Under the pieces are notes generated by a model that saw nothing but the letters and a program-made list of their open reading frames with translations, did not search any database and had not been told where the DNA came from. A DNA stretch of 64,000 nt, taken from the NCBI GenBank assembly GCA_964276515.1, contig OZ193909.1:6944001-7008000 (forward strand), given 5' to 3'. Below, one piece after another: positions 54,899 through 64,000 of this stretch (position 1 is its first letter; every line of letters begins with the position of its first letter). The position numbers and the translations under genes were made by a program. This DNA comes from Gordius albopunctatus (Eukaryota).

Positions 54899-56390
54899 GT
54901 AACATTGTTTCTTAGCCACTTATTCTCTCATACAAAAAGTAGGCCATAAATATTTTTTTTCGATAAATTTAATAAATTCGCAACGTTTTTATATGGATCA
55001 AAGAAGACAAATTTTTCAAAAACTAGGCGATATTTTTTGGTTCGCCATTGTATAAAAATTCAGACTCCCAAAGCTATGTAAAGTTATTTTGAAGTGCCTA
55101 ACATTTTTTAAATTAAAGATAAATTTACATTAATTCACCTATTATAAAGCTTAACAATAAGTATTTATGAATGTATTTAATATAGTAGGGTTATAATATA
55201 ATTCAAATTATGAATCTTAGAAAAACTATATGATAATACAAGTTTTATAAACCAACGATTGATGGCATAGTAAAACTCCTTTATATTTGTGTATAATTTA
55301 TACCTCAGTGAACGGTAAATTTAATAAGCTTCATAGGAATTTCAAAGAATTAAGTCCAATAAGCGATTGTTGTCGTCGCTCTTATATCATCTATTCATCA
55401 TAAACATGCAAATTTTCTCTTTTTAATAGCATTTTCATAATAACTTGTACTGTTGCCAAACACAATTATGCATCAGCCATCATTAACACCAACGCTTTGG
55501 TTGGATTTTAAGGGGAAAAATAATTAAATCAAACTATATTCATTGGTAAGCTCCCAATAAAAATTCGGTCCTTCTCTTCGTTTTATTTATTTTGATCAAG
55601 GCTTTTTAACAGAATTTCAGGGTACGTCGCCATCGGAAATGACGATCTCTATCGTCAAGGAAATTGTTAAGAATTTCCTAGCAAAATTTGGCTCTAATAA
55701 AAAAGGATGAATTAATAATTAAAGCCATTAAAGTATGGCTTTTACAACCTACAATACCCAAAATTATTTTTTAATAAATTGCCCTAATTTCCTTTCAACA
55801 TTACTATTTCTCTATTGATATTACAAAAAGGGGCCTTTTAAAAGCAGTATAAAAGAGATCAGAGGAATATAAAAAGTTTTATTGTAATAATTTATGGTAA
55901 ATTGACATATTTCTAGATATTCCCATCCCCTTAAACAGCCCATAAAAGGCCCTTTAAGCTCGGCCCTGAACGGGGGAAGGGCCATTTCAGTTTAATAATG
56001 TTTTAACGTGAGGTTTGCTACAAGGCTCATTTCTGGAAATTCTTCGTGTATTTGAGGAAGAGTTCGTCTTGACTTCATATATCGTGATGTAGAAATTCAT
56101 TTCGGTGTTATATAAATTTATAAGGCATTTCTTGAGAGTATTAGAGGTAGGAAAATAACTTATTTATACATGTGGTGAATTATCATTTTTAAACCCAGCA
56201 AAAGTACATGTTATGATTTGCTATACATTTGATATATACTAATGGGCGTAGCCAGGTTTTAGATTGGGGGGGGGGCGAGAACGTTTAAAAGTTCGGGGGG
56301 GGACAAAACAAATTTTAAAAGGTTTTTTCATTAAAGCAATTTTTTCGTCATTGGGTGAATATACTATAACAACCAATTACAATATTTAAA

Positions 56391-56885
56391 GGATGTTATT
56401 TAAATGCTCAGTAATCCCCCCCCTTCTTTTTTACCCCTTTTCTCAGCTGGGGAGAGGGAGGTGATTTGACCCCCTCCTTATTTTTACCCTCTTTCTAACC
56501 AGGGGGGAGGGGAGTAATTTACCCCTCTTCTTTTTTATCCTCTTTCTCAAACGGGGGAGGGGGTAATTTGCCCCCGCCCCTTTTTATCCTCTTTCTCAAC
56601 CGGGGGGGGGCAAATTACCCCCTCCCCCCTGGCGAGAAAGAGGGTAAAAATAAGGGGGGGGGGCAATCACCCCCCCACCTCCCAGTTGGGAAAGAGGTAA
56701 AATTAAATTTCAGTTACTGAGCAAAAATTTACTGAGCACCATAGAAATAATAACTGAACAAATGAATTAATTACTGAGCAAATAATATTTACTGAGTATT
56801 TGAATATTTTACTGAGCATTTAATTATTCTACTGAGAAATTGATTATTCTACTCAGTTAAAATTGAATTAAATATTGAGCACAAT
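56391..56885. repeat. Intronic composite repeat: G/C-run tandem units with an inverted copy, plus ACTGAGCA minisatellite
   Basis: ~45-50-bp units ttttaccctctttctcaaccggggggagggg, an inverted unit at ~56620-56695, then actgagca repeats. Confidence 0.75.
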
Positions 56886-56957
56886 AATTTGTTCTCATAT
56901 CTAAATTGGTTTGATATTGCTATGCTAAATGAACTATAGTTAATTCTATTTAAACAG

Positions 56958-57449
56958 CTTATCAAAATGATGATTACTGTCGTCATTATATTCGGACTTT
57001 GTTGGCTCCCACTCAATACCTTAATAGTTATATCGGATTACAATCCTAAAATATTTCGTTATGAAAATATCCATTACGTCTGGTTCTTTTGCCATTGGCT
57101 AGCCATGTCGCACAGCTGTTGCAACCCCTTCATTTATTGCTGGATGAATTACAGATTTCGCCGAGGCTTTCGCCACCTCTACTTAAAATTCACGTGCCGG
57201 GCTCCTACTTTAGGTAATCCCCTGCCGGGACACATGGTATTCCGCCATACGTTCAATACGACCATTAGAAATAGTACTTTGCCCAGAAAAAAGTCACCTA
57301 CTTCAACCCGTCCTCCCAATAGCGACTTAACCATTTCGAGCCTGAAAAATCAAGTCAAATATGTGACACTTGCCTTAAACGATTATACGAGCACAGACCT
57401 GGGTGATCGTTTAAATAACAACGATACTAAATTTACTATTGAAGCTTGA
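56958..57449 (+). CDS. Same GPCR, coding exon 2 (TM6-TM7, C-tail)
   Basis: Acceptor aaacAG at 56957, then in-frame LIKMMITVV..CWLPLN..HWLAMSHSCCNPFIYCWMN.RFR.GF. Spliced product is 601 aa. Confidence 0.92.
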   Translation, partial: LIKMMITVVIIFGLCWLPLNTLIVISDYNPKIFRYENIHYVWFFCHWLAMSHSCCNPFIYCWMNYRFRRGFRHLYLKFTCRAPTLGNPLPGHMVFRHTFNTTIRNSTLPRKKSPTSTRPPNSDLTISSLKNQVKYVTLALNDYTSTDLGDRLNNNDTKFTIEA

Positions 57450-57897
57450 ATACAATTATAACTTTCTATGGGGAAGTAAATTAGGTTCAAGGTCAATGAA
57501 AGAGCAGTTGTTGTGGTCCATATACAATACGGTGTTTGAAATGCGAGCACTCAACGAATCACTCTCTCAATATTACAATTCCATTACATATCAAATGTGC
57601 TAATATTTTATAATATACATATCATGTTATTATTGTACATTAACTTGTAACGATTTGTGTCTTTTAACACATTAAAAATAAAATTTATTTCATCATTATT
57701 CAAAATCTTTTAATTTTTTATATATGTCAGTAAAATAAACATAGCAATTAATAACGTCTTTCAAAAAAATCAATAAAATCAAAAAAGCTATTGTAAAATA
57801 TCTACAAAATACAAATAAACATGGCTGTAGCCAGGATTTTATTGAGGGTGATAACAAAAATTTGCTAATGATATTTTAAAAAAATTTTCATTTAATA

Positions 57898-57930
57898 CTA
57901 GATGAACCCGGCAAACGTTGTTTTGCCATT
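57898..57930 (-). mobile_element. Helitron 3' terminus (CTAG + hairpin); the element may extend to ~58930
   Basis: a|ctagatgaacccggcaaacgttgttttgcc resembles the 357 terminus. An inverted repeat actggaccgatttggctc / gagccaaatcggtccagt lies at ~58773-58860. Confidence 0.55.
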
Positions 57931-59029
57931 TACCCGGGTGTATTAAATTATGTTTGAATTTTAGGGCATATATGATAAAGCGGCTATTGAAGTAAAAATA
58001 AAGTTTAATAATTTTTAAACAAATAGTTAAAGAGGGTCCAAGGCGCAGGCCCACCCAAGAGAGAAAACCTGGCCCCATGCCCCTCCCCCAAAGGGAAAAA
58101 TCTTTGGCCCCCTGGCCCTTCAAGCAATGGTTTTTTTTTGTAATTAAGAAACAATATCCTAATTATTTGTTTCTGAATAAAACTTTTAATTCTGAACTTA
58201 ATAATGTCCGAAGAACTGAGATATATCAATATTTATTGGCACTTTGTTAATTGTATTTTCATTTTTCTCCATATTTAACGCGCAAAAAATGACAAAATTA
58301 GATTTTTTATTTTATTTAGCCACACAGGAGGAGACACGAACACGACCGTCCTATAATAATAATAATTGACGTAAAAAATAAGCAAAGAAATGACTTTGAT
58401 TCTAGGGCGTACCCAGGGGGGCAGAAGAACTGAGATATATCAACATTTATTGGCACTTTGCTAAAAGTATTTTAATTTTTCTCATTATTTAACGCAGAAA
58501 AAATGACAAAATCAGATTATTTAATTTATTTAGCCACGCAGGAGGGGACACGACCGTCCTATAATAATAATAATTGACGTGAAAAATAAGCAAATAAATG
58601 ACTTTGATATTTAATGTTTCAAAGCGCGTAAAAAGTTTCCATTTTCCGCAACACATGCCTACTGCATATCAAACTACCTACTACACGATAGATACGCAGT
58701 ACGTCATGAGGTTGCGTTTGATTGACGGTTTATTAAACAGCAAAACATATAAAACTAACTAACTCAAAAAATACTGGACCGATTTGGCTCGAACATATCT
58801 TAAAACATGCTCCGGAGTGTGGGGAAGAAACTGTGAAATTTTGAGCCAAATCGGTCCAGTAGTTTGTAGCGGCACTAGCCCCAAATAGGGGTAGAAACAA
58901 GGGTAAAATATAAGGCCAACCACATTTCTTTATACTGAAAGTCAAAAATTACAAGAGAATAAATTCTATATGAATTAACGCGTATATATAACCATTTAAG
59001 GTGAGATTAATATGCATAATGTATAAATA

Positions 59030-60710
59030 TTTTCGTATATTCAAATTGATATAATGTATTTACATTATGTAATTACGTGGGTGAATAATAACTTACGTAA
59101 ATTTGTGTATTCAAATTATAACTATTTGAGAGGCGCCATATATTCAAATCAGGGGCTTACGCAGGATTTTTCTGCGGGGAGGGTTTTTAAATCAGAATCA
59201 TATTAATTTTACAATTTATTTAAATACAAACACTTTCACAAAAAATATTTATTATAAACGTCATATCATATAATTTTATAAAATAAATAGTAGGGAAAAA
59301 ATTATTTGCGCGATTTAGATAAAAATTCATTGATTATATCTTGAGTGTCTGGAATTAAATCTCTATGAATATTCAACAAGGTCAAACCTATAAGCCTATA
59401 TAAAATTAAGAGTTTGTAATAAAATGTATTTACCTCTCTTGCCCAGTTCTATTCCTCAAGTAAGTTTCAAGTCTTCTCAGCGTAGAAAAACTACTTCTTT
59501 CATTAGAACACGTTGTTACTGGGAGTGTTGCTAAAATCTGGTATAACACTCTTATATTTGGATATAGAGGCAGCTTGGAATTATAATCCCACAATGCTTT
59601 TAGTGCATTAAAAGGCAGGACTTCAGGGTTACAATCTTTAAAAGATTGATACCAGAGTTTAATCTCAGCCTCATAAATTTCTTGATTTCCATTCAAATCA
59701 TCCCCATAAAAATTGGCTAAATTCAAAAAGTTCGCCAGTTTAACTTCAGATAGCTTTACAGGTGGTTGTAGTAGTAAAGAATGAAATCCCATGAGAATTT
59801 GTTTATTCTCAAGAAACCTTGTGTCCATTTCTACCAAAAAAGTGTCTAAGAATGCATTATACAGAGTTATTCTATAATAAGCCTCCGGGGTTTGTTGGGC
59901 ATTTCCTCTGGGAATCGAAATCTCAAAGTCATATTGTTTTCCCATCAATGTGACATCTTTAAAAATCCTGGAAAACTCTACCTGAGAATTATTTCTAATT
60001 AATTTAATAGCTTCCACAACGTTTTCGGCCGCATTTATTGCCTGTGATAAGTCCAGGTTAACGCTTTGCAAATGAATACTAAGATTTAAAGTATAAGCAA
60101 AAATTTGCTTTAGTGTGTGTAATGATAACCAAAAATGGCCAGTTTTAAGTGCTGATACCAATAGCATGGCACCCGAAGAGGAATCATTGTCTGCCCATTC
60201 ACTAATCTGCTCAAGGGTTGTGATGATTGAATCTCTTAATTCAAAAAAGCGGTTTATTGCTTGATGCTTTTGAACCCATCTTGTTTCACAGAGAGTTTTT
60301 AATTTCAAATTTTTGGAATCTGAAGACTTTACAATTGAATCAAACTTTATTCAAATTGATAGAGGAATTCATATGAAATGCATACGTTTTATAACCACAA
60401 GGAAAATTTAGGAAAAATATATTAACGCCTAAAAATACTTAATGGTTGTTGAAAATAAAAGCTCTCCATAGTTAATTAAATAGCACTCATTTTATAATAT
60501 TTACTATATAATGCTATATTAGAAAATAAAAAATATTTTTTCGAAATCCGCGGGGGGGGGGGTTTGAACCCTAAAACCCCCCCCCCCCCCTTGCGTACGC
60601 CACTGATTCAAATTGAGATAAAGTATTTACATTGTGTAATTACGCGGGTGAATAATAATTCACGTAAATTATGTTTATTCAAATTATGGCAATTTGCAAG
60701 GCGCCATATA
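59030..60710 (-). repeat. Probable 3' LTR of the Gypsy element (tandem ~103-bp units), split by the hAT insertion
   Basis: Begins right after the PPT. 60606-60710 is a diverged direct repeat of ~59039-59142. The distal LTR boundary is not determined. Confidence 0.5.
59150..60605 (-). mobile_element. Internally deleted hAT transposon (ZMYM1/PRKRIR-like) with both TIRs
   Basis: TIRs caggggcttacgcagg / cttgcgtacgccactg, exact 8-bp TSD ATTCAAAT. ORF 59430-60308 has CETRW and LPVTTCSNERS.FSTLRRLETYLR. Confidence 0.92.
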
Positions 60711-63700
60711 AATCCCCCCTAATTGCATGGAGTGCTAATAAAAAAGGTACTCAGTTAATTTAGCTGGCCAGTGGACTCTGCGTCCTGATTTGGTGGTTTT
60801 GTAATTTGATTCAGTGTTGTTTGAGGAAGATGTTGAGGGGTAGGTGGAAGGTTGAGGTCTTATGTTTGGGCCTTTTGTTGATAATTTTTCTAAGTTCACA
60901 GATTCGCCCTTTTACCTTTTTTGTCTATCAGAAAGTACTTAGTATGCCTCTCTAATACTTTAAACGGTCCTTCATAAGGTGGAGACAAGCTTGCGTACTT
61001 TATCTGTCCTTATAAAAACGTACGCGGTGGAAAAAAAATCGGTAGGGATCTGTTGCTTAATGTTTGCTGAACGTGGTGGTGTAAAATGGACACTATCGAA
61101 GTGGCGATGAAGTCGTTGAACGAAATCGGTTGTATTGGTGTCGATTGACGAAGGCTCTATGTAATCGCCGGGCAGTCGTAAGGGTGTACCGTATACGAGT
61201 TCGGAGCTTGAACATGCTAGATCTTCCTTCACTGTGGCTCTAATACCCAGTAGTATCAACGGAAGCGTTTCTGACCACTTGTTGACCTTGTGTTTTGCCA
61301 TGATAGAACTCTTCAACTGACGATGAAAACGCTCTACCAGCCCATTGGCTTGCGGGTGGTATGCGGTTGTGGTTATCTGGTGATAACCGAGTAGTTGAGA
61401 TAATTCTCTGAACAGGTTGGATTGAAACTGGGGTCCACGGTCAGTTGTTATGGTAGTTGGTACACCAAAGGTTGCTCTCCAATTTTGCAAGAAGGTATTA
61501 GCAACTGTCTCGGCTGTTGTATCTTTGATGGGAACCGCAATTGGCCATCTTGTAAAACGATCTATTGCGGTGAAAATGTAATTATAGCCATTGGCTGGTG
61601 GTAGCGGTCCAACAATGTCTAGATGGACGTGGGTAAATCGGGCATCCGGTTTGGTGAATGTACCTGGTGTGGATATAATATGTTTATGTACCTTGCTAAC
61701 CTGACAATTAAGTCATTGGCGTGCCCATAATCGGACGTCATGATTAATTTTCGGCCAAACAAAGCGTTTGGAGATAAGACTGAGTGTTGAGCGGGTACCA
61801 GGATGTGATAATCCATGATAGTGATTGAAGACGGTTTGCCGTAAGGAAAGAGGTACCAGGGGTCGAGGCGTTGTTTGGGAAATATCACAAGTTATATTTA
61901 TTTTTAAACCTGGTACAGGGAGTTGCTCCAGTCTTAAAGATTTAATGTCGTCCTTTGTATAACGTTCAACCTCCTGTCTTGTTGCTATAAGTTCCAACAA
62001 TGATTTTGAGGTATGGACTTGGACTGTGTCGATGCCTGTGCGAGACAGGGTATCAGCCACGATGTTCGTACTACCCCGGATGTATCGAATGTCCGACGTA
62101 AACTGTGAAATGTAGTCTAATTGGCGGATTTCTCGGGGGGAGTATTTGTCCATCTTTGCCTTGAGTGCATAAGTCAAAGGCTTGTGGTCTGTGTATACAG
62201 TGAAGTTGTGTCCTTCGAGGACATGGTTATATTGTTTTATAATGAGGTAAATAGCCAAAAGTTCTCGGCTGAAGGTGCTGTAACGTGTCTGAGTATCTGA
62301 CAGTTTTTTTGACAAGAACGCGAGTGGTAGGATGTCCTCATTTGATTGTTGTTGTAACACTCCTCCGACCGCATAATTGGAAGCATCAGTCGTAATGGAC
62401 AGCGTGCTACCTTCGTCTAAATGAGAAAGGCAGGTTATTTGCTTAAGAGCTTGTTTTGACCGGCTGAAAGATTCTACGGCTTCAGGGATCAAAATGATAG
62501 GTCTCTTTGAATCGTCTAGTAGGTCGGTTAGGGGTTTGAGAATTTCTGCGCACATAGGAATGAAACGACGATAGAAATTTATCATTCCTATAAAACGTCT
62601 AAGTTGTGTCATTGTGGTGGGAATTGGGAATTTTTCAATTGCGTCAATTTTTTCAGGTATCGGTTTAAAACCTTTGGACGTTACTATATGCCCTAAAAAA
62701 ATCAACTTCCTTGACTCCCCACTGACATTTCCCTAGATTGACGCTAATACCATTTTCGAAAAGTCTTTCAATAACTTTTTCGACGTGTACCTTATGTTCT
62801 TGCCCGATAATCTCCACACGGTCTCCAGTTTTGTTTGTTCTTCTTTGGGGCCATATGTAACGGTGAAGCCCAGCAGCTCTTTGATCTTCTGATGATGCCT
62901 GAATCCATCATATGCATGAATTCGTCCTTGGCAATCTTCAGTTTCCTGTATTTAAGCGTCTGGGTTTCGCAAATACGGGTGGACCTTTGGTTTCTATGTG
63001 GTGTTGGGTATCGTGCTTTATAGCCGGGCCATAGATAGTAGGTTTAAAAACGGCCGGAATTTTTTTAAATAAATTGGTAAATTCCAGAGGATGTATTATA
63101 GCCAGTTGTGAATTTAAAGCCTCTGATGTCGGTTTTTTGTAAACGGATATGTTTTGTGCATCTATCAATTGTTTCCTCTTGACATCAACTATTAAGTTAA
63201 AATTGTTTAAAAAATCCGCACCTAATATTGAAAATTTAACCTCGGCAATTGTAAAAGCCCATTGATATCGTTTTTTAAGTCCCAAATCTAAAGTTAGCAA
63301 CTTTTGTCCAAATGTTTTTATGGTACTTGAATTAGCTGCCTGTAGTTGGATGTGGGATGGTTGTAATTGGACTTTCTTTTGCGCAGGTATAACACTTAAC
63401 TCTGCCCCAGTATCGACCAAAAAGTGTAGAGATGATGTTCTGTCGTATATAAAAAATAAGCGACTTGGTGTATAAGGCTGGTGCCAGTTGTCGCTTGGCC
63501 TGGGCGGCCTGCTATTTTGGGTCTTTGTGTATAAAAGCACACGGTGCGACACATTTGGTTGCTTTTTCGCCATATTTATTGTGATACCAGCAAAAATTAG
63601 ATCCGGTTGATGAACTAGGTGTGCGTGTTGATCGTGACTGAGATCGGTGTCTGGAAGCTGATCGTATTTTGTAAATGTCTTTTTTTAATCCTTACACCGA

Positions 63701-64000
63701 GACACTCAGTTTTCTTACTAGTTCTTTCAATTCAACTATTTCACCAACTACATTTTGTTTAGCAGAGTTGATAACCGGACTTACATGGTAAGTTGCAGCA
63801 ATCTTATCGGCTGTTTCAGCTAATTTCGTCGATGATTGGTCTGCGGCAAATATTGCTAATATTCCAGTCATTGACGATGGTAATTTATCCATCCATAATT
63901 GTTTAAGGATGGTGTCGTCCATAGAGTGTTTCCCTAATAAATTTCTCATGTGGCGCATCAGTTGTGATGGAGAGCGATCTCCCAGCTCCACATTGGTCAG
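60711..64000 (-). mobile_element. Gypsy/Ty3 LTR retrotransposon internal region (gag-PR-RT-RH-IN), decayed, runs off the window
   Basis: Gag LGDRSPSQL and CWYH..YG.KA..C..PC; protease LVDTGA; RNase H TDAS...RELLA...TDHKPL; integrase [27 protein letters not shown]-like aattagggggg at ~60714-60724. Confidence 0.93.

Noticed and set aside
54899..54949. C-terminal VTLFLSHLFSHTKSRP of the 454-aa ORF as a real protein end
   Set aside because: Read-through into the intron. Splicing at 54899 joins in frame to TM6-TM7.

Overview
A very AT-rich eukaryotic window, most likely from a protostome invertebrate. It contains one host gene: a two-coding-exon class A neuropeptide GPCR (53585-57449, +), RYamide/luqin-receptor-like, with unusually long ICL1 and ECL2 insertions. 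Every other feature I could identify is transposon-derived. Rolling-circle elements include a scrambled non-autonomous Helitron (357-2341) and two near-identical DINE-1/HINE-like Helentron derivatives (8307-10690, 22981-25148), plus a diverged inverted relative. These HINE-like elements carry a (GTCC)n microsatellite, tRNA T-arm (B-box) motifs, a ~238-bp higher-order tandem array and a 3' hairpin. DNA transposons include hAT MITEs with 8-bp TSDs, two piggyBac-type MITEs, a TA-flanked MITE and several hAT transposase remnants. Retroelements are an RTE-clade LINE (with a tRNA-like head and a nested BED-hAT element) and a decayed Gypsy LTR element running off the right edge. I found no CRISPR array, rRNA gene or convincing canonical tRNA gene. 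I cannot demonstrate a wholly new system; the best leads are the B-box/satellite-carrying HINE family, the tRNA-headed RTE LINE and the loop-expanded GPCR. All coordinates were read by eye and may be off by a few bases.
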